Origin: a bacterium
GTDB lineage: Bacteria; Patescibacteriota; Minisyncoccia; 2-01-FULL-47-10; JBBIMT01
Reading direction: 5' to 3'
Assembly (NCBI GenBank): GCA_037444265.1
Contig: JBBIMT010000001.1
Coordinates: 1 to 50,873 of the forward strand
DNA length: 50,873 nt
A model generated the notes under the pieces. The model made no database searches. It was not told where the DNA came from and saw only the letters and a list, made by a program, of their open reading frames with translations. A program made the translations under genes and the position numbers. This document shows, piece after piece, positions 17,288 through 27,154 of the stretch. Position 1 is the first letter of the stretch, and the number at the start of each line of letters is the position of its first letter.

Positions 17288-17932
17288 TTAACTATATTTT
17301 TCAAGAAGCACAACTTCTGGTCCTTCTTTAAGCGAGGATGAACTAGTGATTTTTAATTCTTTCATTTTTTGAGGTTTACTTTGCCCAATCTCTTTTAAAA
17401 AAATTGAAACTTCTTTTAAATCATATTTTAAATTAGGAATCTTATAATGAATAGGAATAACAATTTTCGGTTCAATTTGATGCAAGATATGCGCTGCTTC
17501 AATCCCATCGATTGTATAAACTCCTCCAACAGGAATAAATACAATATCGACTTTACTTAATTCATCAAGCTGTTTTTCTGAAAGTTCAGTCTGTCCAATA
17601 TCTCCCAAATGACACAAAAAAACATCCTCTATATTCATTAAATAAATAATATTTTCGCCTCTTTTAGCACCTTTAACATTGTCATGAAAAGATGGAATGC
17701 CTTTAAAATAAAATCCTTTTAAAGCATATTCGCCTGGCTTATCTATCAAAAAAGGATTATTCAAAATTGTTTCTCTATTTGAGTGATCTAAATGTTGATG
17801 AGTAATAAGTAAAATATCCGCCTTTATTTTAGGAGGCAAAAATCCAATTTCCGCGCTGTATGGATCTATAGCTATATTAGCATTTTTAGCTTTAATTTCG
17901 ATAAATGATTGTCCGTGCCATCTTATTATCAT
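17288..17932 (-). CDS. Metallo-beta-lactamase-fold hydrolase (UPF0173-like)
   Basis: ITHQHLDHS motif (H-x-H-x-D-H). Size and layout match UPF0173/YtkL-type MBL proteins. Confidence 0.75.
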   Translation of the reverse strand: MIIRWHGQSFIEIKAKNANIAIDPYSAEIGFLPPKIKADILLITHQHLDHSNRETILNNPFLIDKPGEYALKGFYFKGIPSFHDNVKGAKRGENIIYLMNIEDVFLCHLGDIGQTELSEKQLDELSKVDIVFIPVGGVYTIDGIEAAHILHQIEPKIVIPIHYKIPNLKYDLKEVSIFLKEIGQSKPQKMKELKITSSSSLKEGPEVVLLEKYS

Positions 17933-18056
17933 GAATTTTTTAAAGATTTTAAAGAAACCAACAAAAACTTTTTCTTTAAAAGTATAATTAAGTTTAAAAA
18001 TAAAAAATAAATATTATTCATTGAGATATCAATTATTAACCAAAAAACAACAAATT

Positions 18057-18764
18057 TCAAGATTTAACTACAGTTCCAATAAAATCTTTACCAGCAATTA
18101 CTTTTTTGAAATTTGTTAAATTTTTTCCGTTAAAAACATAAGCAATCATCTTTTCTTTTTTGGCAAAATCAGCAGCTTTCTGATCTATAGGAATATTAAG
18201 CCCTGGGGTCCATTTTTTAATAATTAAAGTATTATATTTATTCCAAGATATCTCTTTAAAAGGCTTGGCGGATGTAAATTTTTTCGGGTCTTTATCGAAA
18301 ATATATTTTACATTTGTAGGCAGAAGGACTACTTTAACCCCTAATCTTTTAGCCCAATAAAAAGCATCAAAATCAGTAGACCACCCTGGTTTAACACCAG
18401 CCCCGAAAATAATATTATACTGACCAAAAAATATCCTTTGATTAAATGAGGTTAAAATTTTAGGACTTGCGTTTTTGTCGAAAATTTTTGATGTAAAATA
18501 AGCATTTAAATGAGTAACTTTAATGCCAAGCCAATCTAATATTTCATTAGGGATATCAGGAGATATTTTTTTCAAACTTGATTGGAAAATACGACATAAT
18601 CTTCCACCGCCTACGACAATTAAAAACTTATAACCTTCATCTTTTATAAAACGAATTATCATTTGCCTAAATTTTTTTAAAAATTCTATATCTGGTTTCC
18701 CAGGATTAATAATAGAGCCGCCAAGTGCTATAACTTTTATTCTTTCACTCTTGTCTTTTGGCAT
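18057..18764 (-). CDS. pyrH: Amino-acid-kinase-fold UMP kinase, archaeal type
   Basis: IKVIALGGSII...FLIVVGGGRLCR...PGWSTDFDAFYWAKRLGVKVVLLPTNVKYIFDKDPKK resembles archaeal PyrH rather than the bacterial hexameric type. Confidence 0.55.
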   Translation of the reverse strand: MPKDKSERIKVIALGGSIINPGKPDIEFLKKFRQMIIRFIKDEGYKFLIVVGGGRLCRIFQSSLKKISPDIPNEILDWLGIKVTHLNAYFTSKIFDKNASPKILTSFNQRIFFGQYNIIFGAGVKPGWSTDFDAFYWAKRLGVKVVLLPTNVKYIFDKDPKKFTSAKPFKEISWNKYNTLIIKKWTPGLNIPIDQKAADFAKKEKMIAYVFNGKNLTNFKKVIAGKDFIGTVVKS

Positions 18765-18816
18765 AATTAAAGTAAACTATAACAGATAATGTTTAAATAA
18801 CGATTATTCATTTTAA

Positions 18817-19203
18817 ATGATAAATAAGTTTTTTTCAACTAAAAAACTCGGCAATTATGGAGAAAAAATAGCAACTGATTTTTTAAAAAATAAAGGATTA
18901 AAAATTTTAGAAAAAAATTGGAAAGTTAAAACTGGAGAGGTAGATTTAATAGCCAAAAAAGACTCTGAAATTATTTTTGTTGAGGTAAAAACTATTTTTA
19001 AAAACGACTATTTTTCTCCAGAAGATCATTTTACTTACTTTAAAATTAAAAAATTACAAAAACTTGCCCAAACTTATTTTTTATTTAAAAAAATGTCTCC
19101 TGAAAATTACCGATTTGATTTGATAGCCATAGTGATATCTCCTTTTGATGTAAATAATTATGAAATAAGACATTATGAAAATATTATTAGTGAAGACTTC
19201 TAA
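18817..19203 (+). CDS. YraN-family (UPF0102) endonuclease-like protein
   Basis: GEKIATDFLKNKGLKILEKNWKVKTGEVDLIAKKDSEIIFVEVKT. Confidence 0.85.
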   Translation: MINKFFSTKKLGNYGEKIATDFLKNKGLKILEKNWKVKTGEVDLIAKKDSEIIFVEVKTIFKNDYFSPEDHFTYFKIKKLQKLAQTYFLFKKMSPENYRFDLIAIVISPFDVNNYEIRHYENIISEDF

Positions 19204-19458
19204 AAATAATTAATAAAATAATTAAAATTGCCCAAATTAAAAAATTAAAATAGATGTAATTTAATTAGACTAATTATATGATATCGTATACCATCTTATC
19301 GATTAATAATTGGTGGTAAACGTATAGAAAATTAAGTTTTTTTACAAAGTCTTACAAACAAAGTGATTCTAGCAAAGCCATTGTTTTTGAAATTTAAAAA
19401 TTCAACAATTTTTTCAATTTTACCCCACTTTATTAAAAAATGTAAAATTTTAAAATCT

Positions 19459-20481
19459 ATGCTTACTTTTGCTATTGAAACTTCTTGCGATGATACTGGA
19501 GTGGCTTTAGTAGAAAGCAAATCTATTTTAGAACATAAAATTATTGTTAATTTAGTTTCTTCGCAATTTAAGATACATCAGAAATTCGGTGGGGTTGTTC
19601 CTAAACTTGCTAGCCGTCAACACGGTAAAAATTTGCCTATCTTAATTGAAACCGCCTATCAATTTATAAAAAAAAACCGGCCTAATTTTTCTTTTAATCA
19701 AATCGATCTTATTGCTTATACTTCTTATCCCGGACTTGAACCTTGTTTGCTTGTTGGCATCACTACTGCCAAAACTTTAGCTTATTTCTTAGATAAACCA
19801 GCTCTTCCAATCAATCATATTATCTCACATATTTACAGCGTTTTACTTTCACCAGAAATTCAAAATAAACCCACCCTTTTAAAATTTCCAGCAGTTGCTC
19901 TTGTAGTCTCAGGAGGACACACAGAACTTTATTATTTAAAAACATTAAAACCAATTAAAATAGGACAAACAAAAGACGACGCCGCCGGCGAAGCTTTTGA
20001 TAAAGGCGCCCGACTTTTAGGAGGACCCTATCCTGGTGGTCCATATATTGAAAAATTATCACAAAACGCAGACGAATTAGCATTTAATTTCCCTCGACCA
20101 ATGATAAGAAGTAACGACTATAATTTTTCTTTTTCAGGCCTTAAAACAGCTTTGCTTTATACTTTACAAAAAATGAAAAAAAAAGAAATTAATCGAAATA
20201 AAAGAAAGCTCGCCGCTAGCTATCAAAGAGCCATTGTTGAAACTTTAGTTTTGAAAACATTAAAGGCAGTAAAAGACTATAATGCTAAAACTTTGATTGT
20301 TTCCGGTGGTGTTTCAGCTAATTTGAGACTAATAAATTTTTTTAAAGAAAAAATTTCAAAAGAAAAATTAAATATTCAATTTTTTGTACCACCGAAATTT
20401 TTAAGCACTGATAATGCAGCAATGATTGGGGTACTTGGCGCAATCCAGATGCTTGCTAAAAATCACAAAAAACATCATTGA
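19459..20481 (+). CDS. tsaD: tRNA N6-adenosine threonylcarbamoyltransferase
   Basis: MLTFAIETSCDDTGVALV, the metal site INHIISHIYS, and VSGGVSAN. The track's GTG start at 19363 adds 32 non-conserved residues, so I prefer the ATG at 19459. Confidence 0.9.
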   Translation: MLTFAIETSCDDTGVALVESKSILEHKIIVNLVSSQFKIHQKFGGVVPKLASRQHGKNLPILIETAYQFIKKNRPNFSFNQIDLIAYTSYPGLEPCLLVGITTAKTLAYFLDKPALPINHIISHIYSVLLSPEIQNKPTLLKFPAVALVVSGGHTELYYLKTLKPIKIGQTKDDAAGEAFDKGARLLGGPYPGGPYIEKLSQNADELAFNFPRPMIRSNDYNFSFSGLKTALLYTLQKMKKKEINRNKRKLAASYQRAIVETLVLKTLKAVKDYNAKTLIVSGGVSANLRLINFFKEKISKEKLNIQFFVPPKFLSTDNAAMIGVLGAIQMLAKNHKKHH

Positions 20482-20533
20482 CAGTTTTTATAACATTAAT
20501 AAAAATTTAATAAATATTTTAAATCAGAAAGTA

Positions 20534-20561
20534 TTGACTTTATATAATAACCTGTTACACT
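20534..20561 (+). promoter_or_regulatory. Candidate sigma70-type promoter TTGACT-16-TACACT
   Basis: TTGACT at 20534-20539, 16-nt spacer, TACACT at 20556-20561. Confidence 0.35.
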
Positions 20562-20580
20562 TTATAAATAAAGTTGTTGT

Positions 20581-20617
20581 GTCCGCTTTTCTGGTTAAGG
20601 GAAGCGGCTGTTTTATT
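20581..20617 (+). terminator. Weak hairpin plus U-tract about 25 nt downstream of the candidate promoter (possible short leader or sRNA end, or a distal tsaD terminator)
   Basis: CCGCTT (20583-20588) pairs with AAGCGG (20602-20607), followed by CTGTTTTATT. Confidence 0.3.
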
Positions 20618-20776
20618 AAAAGTTATTGAAAATTTAAAAAATTTAAAAACAATCTAATAATCAAAAGGCGATGAAAAAATAAATTGAAATTAAATCAGCG
20701 ATGAAAAATAAACTATAATTTTTGTAACAATTTTCTTGATAAGTCATAAAATTTTAAGACATTATTTTCAAAAAAT

Positions 20777-22069
20777 ATGGTTTTTAAAGAACTTTTATTG
20801 GCTGTAGAACAAATTGCAGCTGAAAAAGATTTGAACAAAGAAAAAGTTCTCCAAACAGTGGAGATGGCTTTTGCCGCGGCTTATAAAAAGGAATTCGGCA
20901 AAAAGGGCCAAAAGATCATCGCCTCAATCAATCCTGAAAAAAAAGAGATAAAAATTTATGAAGAAAAAATAATAGTTGATGAATCTTTATTAAAAAATGA
21001 AGACGGAAAAGATGGACAACATACCCAAGAAAAGTTAAAGGAAGCTTTGAAAATACAAATAGAAGAATTGTCTAAATTTAAACCGGAAGAAATAATATTA
21101 AATAAAACAACAAAAGAAGAATTAGACAAACTAAAAGAAATCCCTTTAAGATTTAAACCTCAAAGACATATTTTACTTGATGCTGCTAAAAAATTTATTA
21201 AAAAAGTATCTTTAGGTGATAAACTGCTTTTCCCTCTTCCTTTTAAAGAGGATTTTGGTCGTATTGCCGCTCAAACTGCCAAACAAGTTATTATCCAAAA
21301 GATACGCGAAGCTGAAAGAGAAAGTGTATATGAGGAATTTAAGCAAAAAGTCGGACAAATAATCAGTGGCTTTATTCAAAAAATTCAACCGCAGTTAATT
21401 TATGTGGATTTAGGTAAAGCCGTAGGCATCTTACCCAAAGAGGAACAAATCTTTAATGAAAAATACCGCGAACAAGACCGAATGTCTTTCTATGTATCTT
21501 CAATTGAATCCGGGCAAAGAGGGCCAATAATTTTTCTATCAAGAACAAGCGCTGAAATGATAAAAAAAATGCTAGAGATAGAAGTACCTGAAATAGCCAA
21601 CAAAGTAGTTGAAATAAAAAGTATTGCTCGAGAAGCAGGCTCACGATCCAAAGTAGCAGTTTATTCAGCAAATCCTGAAGTGGATCCAATAGGAGCTTGT
21701 GTTGGACAACGCGGTGCTCGTATAACTGCAATCATTAATGAATTTGGTTCTGAAAAAATTGATATAATAAAATGGAGCAAAGACGAAAAAGAATTTATTA
21801 TTAACTCTTTAAGTCCAGCTAAAATTTTAAGTATTGATTTAGATGAAAAAACAAAAACTGCTACTGCCTGGGTAACACCAGATCAACAAAGTCTGGCAAT
21901 CGGTAAAAAGGGCCAAAATGTCCGTTTAGCCGCTAAATTAACTGGTTGGAAAATAGATGTAAAAGTTCAGGGCAAGCCTGAACAAATAAACGAAAAAATT
22001 TCAGCGCAAAATAACGGCATTGAACAAAATAATGGCGATAATACAAACTTAAAAGATAACAATACTTAA
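20777..22069 (+). CDS. nusA: Transcription termination/antitermination factor NusA with N-rich C-terminal tail
   Basis: N-terminal domain, S1 domain and two KH domains (PIGACVGQRGARI; AIGKKGQNVRLAAKLTGWKIDV). Confidence 0.93.
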   Translation: MVFKELLLAVEQIAAEKDLNKEKVLQTVEMAFAAAYKKEFGKKGQKIIASINPEKKEIKIYEEKIIVDESLLKNEDGKDGQHTQEKLKEALKIQIEELSKFKPEEIILNKTTKEELDKLKEIPLRFKPQRHILLDAAKKFIKKVSLGDKLLFPLPFKEDFGRIAAQTAKQVIIQKIREAERESVYEEFKQKVGQIISGFIQKIQPQLIYVDLGKAVGILPKEEQIFNEKYREQDRMSFYVSSIESGQRGPIIFLSRTSAEMIKKMLEIEVPEIANKVVEIKSIAREAGSRSKVAVYSANPEVDPIGACVGQRGARITAIINEFGSEKIDIIKWSKDEKEFIINSLSPAKILSIDLDEKTKTATAWVTPDQQSLAIGKKGQNVRLAAKLTGWKIDVKVQGKPEQINEKISAQNNGIEQNNGDNTNLKDNNT

Positions 22070-22104
22070 AAAAATCAGTAATAAATTAAAGAGTAGTCAA
22101 TCTA

Positions 22105-23394
22105 ATGCGCACAACGGTAAAAAAAACAGAAACTGAAGTTGAAATTTCAGTATTTGTGCCCTTAGAAGAAGTAAACGAGTATTTCAAAAAAGCCGCTTTT
22201 AATCTTTCTAAAAAAAAACCAATAAAAGGCTTTCGTCCAGGAATGGCGCCTTTTGAAGTTGTCAAAAATTATTTCGGTAACTCAGCGATATTGGATGAAT
22301 TTTTAAATATTACTTTAAAAGATACTTTCGATAAGGCTATTAAACAAAATGATTTTTCTTATATCGGCAAGCCTAAAATTGACATTATTAAGTTATCTCA
22401 AGGAGACAATTTTGAATACCGTATTACCTATCCTATATTCCCTGAATTTGAAATCGGTAATTTTGAAAATCAATTGAAAATTACTTTGCCTAAAAAACCT
22501 GAAGTTACTGAAAAAGAAATTAATCAAGAAATAGATTATATTATTAATTCGCGCGCAAAAATTGTTAAAGTGTCTCGCAAATCAAAAAAAGGAGATTATG
22601 TGAATATAGATTTTGCCGCTAAAATCGGCGGTGTTTTAATAGAAAATGGATATGCAAAAAATTATGGCTTCATCTTGGGAAAAGGTAGTTTCGTACCAGG
22701 ATTTGAAGAAGCGCTTGAAGAAATGGCAGCTAATGAAGAAAGGCGATTTTCTTTAGATATACCAAGTGATTATCAACACAAAGAAATTGCTGGTAAAAGA
22801 GTCGATTTTGAAGTAAAAATGAACGCTGTTTTCGAAAGACAACTGCCTCAATTAACTGATAGTTTTGTAAAAAATTTAGGGAATTTTAGTTCCGTTGAAG
22901 AATTAAAAAAATCATTGCAAAAAGGTCTTTTAATAGAAAAAACGAACGAGCAACGGAATAAAATTCGAGAAGATATTTTAACTAAATTGAGAACAATTTT
23001 TTCATTTTCAATTTCTCCCCTTTTAATAGAACAAGAAGCCTTAAATCTTTTAGATAATTTTAAAGAAAATATACAATTTAACGGGTTGTTATGGGGTGAT
23101 TATTTAAAAAAAATGGGGACTGATGAAAAAAAAGTTTTTGAAGATTTAAAAAAAGAAGCTGAAAAAAGAATAAAGAATTTTTTAATTTTAGAAAAAATAG
23201 CTAAAGAAAAAAATATCGAAGCCGATGAAAAAGAAATTACAGCCAAGGCTAATGACATTTTAAAACATTATTATTCCATAAATGATGCATTGCAGGATTT
23301 TCAGCCTGAAGAATTGAAAAATCGCGTAAGACAAGAGATTATTTACGAAAAAGTATTCAATTTACTTGAAAAAATAGTAGGATACGAAAAATAA
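22105..23394 (+). CDS. tig: Trigger factor
   Basis: N-terminal ribosome-binding motif GFRPGMAP, a central FKBP-like region, and position upstream of clpP. Confidence 0.9.
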   Translation: MRTTVKKTETEVEISVFVPLEEVNEYFKKAAFNLSKKKPIKGFRPGMAPFEVVKNYFGNSAILDEFLNITLKDTFDKAIKQNDFSYIGKPKIDIIKLSQGDNFEYRITYPIFPEFEIGNFENQLKITLPKKPEVTEKEINQEIDYIINSRAKIVKVSRKSKKGDYVNIDFAAKIGGVLIENGYAKNYGFILGKGSFVPGFEEALEEMAANEERRFSLDIPSDYQHKEIAGKRVDFEVKMNAVFERQLPQLTDSFVKNLGNFSSVEELKKSLQKGLLIEKTNEQRNKIREDILTKLRTIFSFSISPLLIEQEALNLLDNFKENIQFNGLLWGDYLKKMGTDEKKVFEDLKKEAEKRIKNFLILEKIAKEKNIEADEKEITAKANDILKHYYSINDALQDFQPEELKNRVRQEIIYEKVFNLLEKIVGYEK

Positions 23395-23428
23395 AATTTA
23401 AAAACACCAGATAAAAAAATTAAATGTG

Positions 23429-23457
23429 TTGCAAATCAATAGATAAAATGTTAAGAT
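23429..23457 (+). promoter_or_regulatory. Candidate promoter TTGCAA-17-TAAGAT upstream of clpP
   Basis: TTGCAA at 23429-23434, 17-nt spacer, TAAGAT at 23452-23457. Confidence 0.35.
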
Positions 23458-23524
23458 GTTATATTATTTTTTTTCAATTAAATAAATTAAATAATTTAAG
23501 CATTTTTTTTAAAATTTTAATTCT

Positions 23525-24121
23525 ATGCGTAATCAATACATTGTTCCAACAGTTTTAGAAAAATCACCTCGACATGGCATTTTCGCTTACGATATTTATT
23601 CAAGGCTTTTAGAAGATAGGATTATTTTCATTGGTGGGCCAATCAATGATGCAGTCGCCAATACGGTTATTGCTCAGATGCTTTATCTTGAAAACAAAGA
23701 TTCTAAAAAAGATATTAAGCTTTATATCAATAGCCCAGGAGGCGTTGTTACAGCTGGTCTTGCAATCTATGATACAATTCGTTATTTGTCTTGTCAGGTA
23801 CAAACAATTTGCATCGGAATGGCGGCATCAATGGCAGCGGTTATTTTATCTTCAGGGACAAAAGGCAAGAGATTTGCATTGCCCAATGCCGAAGTGATGC
23901 TTCATCAAGTAATGGGTGGTGTTGAAGGCCAAGCAATAGAAATTAAAATTACCGCTGAGCATATTATGAAAATGCGCCAAAAATTAAATAAAATACTTGC
24001 TGCAAATACAGGAAAGTCTTTAAAACAAATTGAAGCAGATACTGATCGGGAATTTTATTTATCTGCTGAAGAAGCAAGAAAATACGGTTTAATTGATAAA
24101 ATTATTTCCAAAAGAAAGTAA
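23525..24121 (+). CDS. clpP: ATP-dependent Clp protease proteolytic subunit
   Basis: [17 protein letters not shown], the catalytic Ser context [11 protein letters not shown], and His in MLHQ. Confidence 0.95.
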   Translation: MRNQYIVPTVLEKSPRHGIFAYDIYSRLLEDRIIFIGGPINDAVANTVIAQMLYLENKDSKKDIKLYINSPGGVVTAGLAIYDTIRYLSCQVQTICIGMAASMAAVILSSGTKGKRFALPNAEVMLHQVMGGVEGQAIEIKITAEHIMKMRQKLNKILAANTGKSLKQIEADTDREFYLSAEEARKYGLIDKIISKRK

Positions 24122-24222
24122 AAAAAAACGATAAAAAGATAATGGAAAAATTCGAACTGAAATTTGGTTTTTAATTTGAATTTTTTGTAAATTAAATTTT
24201 ACAAAGCTAATACATCTAAAAA

Positions 24223-26652
24223 TCACAGTTTAGCTCTTTCAATAATTTCTTTTTCAACAATTTCTTTGGGTCTACCATATTTGAGCTTGGATATTTTTTT
24301 AAGAGGTTCAACAATTACTTTATTGCCTGGAGCTGGTTTTACTGTCTTTAACATAAATGGTCGCGAAGTTTTCCCATTGATAATAATTTTAGATAGAGCA
24401 TGAAAATTATCTAAATTAATTAAATCTTGTTTGGAAAATTCCGGCAAAAATTGTTTTTCAACAAATTCAGCATCTTGAGCGCCAATTCTGAAAGAAAACA
24501 TTGAACCAACATTCCCAAAAACAGCATCACGAATTTTTTCATCCAATTGAGCAATAAATTGATGAGCAACAATAAGATTTAAACGATATTTTCTCGCTTC
24601 TGACAAAATAGTAACGATAGAGTTTGTAGTAAAATTTTGAAATTCGTCTATGTATAAATAAAAGTCGCGTCTTTCTTCTTCTACAATATCAGATCTTTTC
24701 ATTGCTGCCATTTGAATTTTTGAAACTAAAATAAGACCAAGCAAAGCCGCATTAACTTCTCCTGTTTGCCCTTTAGACAAATTAGCTAAAAATATTTTTC
24801 CACTATCCATTATTTCTCTTAAATTGAAACCTGATTTCTGCTGGCCAATAATATTTCGCATCATTTCATTTTCAACAAATCTTCCTACTTTTGAAACAAC
24901 ATAACCTAACATATCTGACTTAGTTGCCCCTGTTGTTTGGCGCCACTCTCTTTCCCAAAATAACCTTACCACAGGATCAGAAACTTTTTCGAGTTTGCTT
25001 TGCATAAAAGCATCATCAGTAAAAATACGCGGAATCTCAACTAAAGTACCGGGGCTAGAAGAGTCAGCCATTAAAGCTAACATTGCATTTCTCATATAAT
25101 GTTCGAACATTGGGCCAATTATTTCTGGCGGAAAAAGTTTTTCAAATATTGCAATCATTTCTTGAACTGCAAAATCTTTTTGTTCAGGACTGTCGTATTC
25201 AAGCATATTAAGACCAATGGGTCGAGCCATATCAAATGGTTCAAAAACAATAACATCTTCTGCTCGCTCTTTTGGTATATGGGAAAGTGTAGCATTAATC
25301 AAATCTCCGTGCGGATCAATTACTCCTACTCCCCTACCTTTTTCAATATCTTGTCTAATTAATTCTTCAAAAAGAGCTGTTTTGCCAGTGCCAGTTTGCC
25401 CAATAACATACATATGCCGCCGTCTATCATCAACAGAACCAAAATATACTTCTTTCCTTTCTCCACGAAATACAGTCTCTCCTATTTTAATTTCTCCGTC
25501 ACTTGGTAAATCAGGCGGAGGAGCAACTTCTCTCACCTTTAATATTTTCAATGATGGGGTTTGAAGATTTCCTAAAGATAGATGGAAAATACTTGCTAAT
25601 TCAGCGGTATTTAAAAGAATTTTTTCTTTATATGAAAAACTTCTGAAAATAAAATTATAAATATGTTTTTGGAGTCTCCATTTCTTAACTCTTTGAATAT
25701 GAAATTTTGAACCCAAGGGATTAGTGAATTGACCAAACCCAGCCTCAAGAGATTTTAATATATTTTCTGATTTTTCTTGAGTATCAGCGGAAGCTATAAG
25801 TCGAATATTTACAAAAAAAAGCGGTTTTGATAATTTAAAGGAAACGTTCTCAATCATTTTTTGATCTGGTTGATTTTTTGTTGTTTCTTCCATTTCTCTT
25901 TTTTGCTTTTGCTCATTTGTTTCAAAAAAGCGCCAAATTTTCTCAAAATTAAATGATGCTTTTTTTAAACTTTCATGAAAACTTTTTCCCATATAAAGAT
26001 ATTCAAGAATTTTTTTCCCTTTTTCCTCTAAACTCAAAGGAGCTTTAACTAAAACGATTTGCACCGCTGCTCCTTCATTTTTAGGAATCTTAGATAAAGC
26101 GTTTGTGATTTGTGAAAGTGGATCCTGAGCTAAATTTAAATAAGTTTGTATTGGCAAAAAATCATTTCCTGCTAATTTAATAATTGAGCCGGCTTGCACT
26201 TGATGCAACTTAAAAATGCTATAATCTTCGGAAACTTTTTCTAAATGAGCTTCAGGATATGCCCCTTGAATAGTTTTTATAATTTCTTGTTCGTATGCTT
26301 TGCTTATAGCAACGAAAAAATTAATTTGATTTTCATGAGTAGGCGATACTATTTCAAAAGCAATCACCGGCGGACCCTCAAGAAATTGTTTCCAAAATCC
26401 AACATTGCCTATATTTAAACAGGCACTGTAGATTTGTTCAGCTGCTCCTATCAATTCTTTATAATTTTTTTGCGAATTTTCTTTTTGTTCTTGCGTCAGT
26501 TTAGGAGCTTGAATCAAATAAACACTGCAACCTAACAATGACCTGAGATGCCCTACTTGTCTTTTTGAAAAAATAGCCAAAAAAATATATGCCAAAACAC
26601 CTGTAATCAAAAAAAGTGATAAAATAAAAAGAGTAAAATAATAGGTGTTCAT
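24223..26652 (-). CDS. VirD4/TrwB/TraG-like (type IV coupling protein-type, FtsK/HerA superfamily) membrane-anchored P-loop ATPase
   Basis: N-terminal TM (YYFTLFILSLFLITGVLAYIFLAIF), a ~370-aa unknown domain, Walker A VIGQTGTGKT, IDPHGDL, Walker B LYIDEFQNF, and ARKYRLNLIVAHQFIAQL. Confidence 0.65.
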   Translation of the reverse strand: MNTYYFTLFILSLFLITGVLAYIFLAIFSKRQVGHLRSLLGCSVYLIQAPKLTQEQKENSQKNYKELIGAAEQIYSACLNIGNVGFWKQFLEGPPVIAFEIVSPTHENQINFFVAISKAYEQEIIKTIQGAYPEAHLEKVSEDYSIFKLHQVQAGSIIKLAGNDFLPIQTYLNLAQDPLSQITNALSKIPKNEGAAVQIVLVKAPLSLEEKGKKILEYLYMGKSFHESLKKASFNFEKIWRFFETNEQKQKREMEETTKNQPDQKMIENVSFKLSKPLFFVNIRLIASADTQEKSENILKSLEAGFGQFTNPLGSKFHIQRVKKWRLQKHIYNFIFRSFSYKEKILLNTAELASIFHLSLGNLQTPSLKILKVREVAPPPDLPSDGEIKIGETVFRGERKEVYFGSVDDRRRHMYVIGQTGTGKTALFEELIRQDIEKGRGVGVIDPHGDLINATLSHIPKERAEDVIVFEPFDMARPIGLNMLEYDSPEQKDFAVQEMIAIFEKLFPPEIIGPMFEHYMRNAMLALMADSSSPGTLVEIPRIFTDDAFMQSKLEKVSDPVVRLFWEREWRQTTGATKSDMLGYVVSKVGRFVENEMMRNIIGQQKSGFNLREIMDSGKIFLANLSKGQTGEVNAALLGLILVSKIQMAAMKRSDIVEEERRDFYLYIDEFQNFTTNSIVTILSEARKYRLNLIVAHQFIAQLDEKIRDAVFGNVGSMFSFRIGAQDAEFVEKQFLPEFSKQDLINLDNFHALSKIIINGKTSRPFMLKTVKPAPGNKVIVEPLKKISKLKYGRPKEIVEKEIIERAKL

Positions 26653-26669
26653 TATTTTTAAATTTTTAA

Positions 26670-27041
26670 CTAAATTTTACCAAGCGCCACTAATTTATAA
26701 AATAATTCATCTTTACTTAAAATATCGTGCAAAGCATCAAGGATATAAGCGTCATTCATTTTTTTGGCTATTTCAATCGCTGTTAAGGGACCCTTCTCAA
26801 AGGCTAACTCGATTAATTTTGATATTTTTGTTTCATCTGGTAAATTTTTAAGGGCTTGACTATGCTGATACGCTTCCTGGTGTATTGCCTCTGGCAACAA
26901 TATCTTAGAAATGTGTTCTTTTAAAGCGATAACTTCATGAGAGATTTCAGCCTTACTTTTCTCTTTATAAGCAACCGATTTTTCTATAGCCTCTTGTTTT
27001 ATTTTTTCAATATCTGGCAATTTTACTTCTTTTAATTCCAT
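26670..27041 (-). CDS. Hypothetical helical acidic protein, 17 nt upstream of and co-directional with the coupling-type ATPase
   Basis: ORF only. No motif recognised. Confidence 0.4.
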   Translation of the reverse strand: MELKEVKLPDIEKIKQEAIEKSVAYKEKSKAEISHEVIALKEHISKILLPEAIHQEAYQHSQALKNLPDETKISKLIELAFEKGPLTAIEIAKKMNDAYILDALHDILSKDELFYKLVALGKI

Positions 27042-27154
27042 AATTTATTATCTTAAAAATTTTAAATGAAAGTAATTTTTGATATTTATCTTTAAAAATT
27101 TTTAAAGATTAGAATTTGTAAATTAACATAAATTTTTATTTAGATAAAATAAAT

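Noticed and set aside
19363-19458. GTG-initiated 32-aa N-terminal extension of tsaD
   Set aside because: The extension (MILAKPLFLKFKNSTIFS...) is not TsaD-like. The conserved N-terminus MLTFAIETSCDD begins at the ATG at 19459.
25217-25564. 115-aa plus-strand ORF (and the 87-aa ORF at 25099-25362) inside the coupling-ATPase gene
   Set aside because: Both are antisense to the Walker A/NTPase region of a well-supported CDS. Neither has an RBS or motif.
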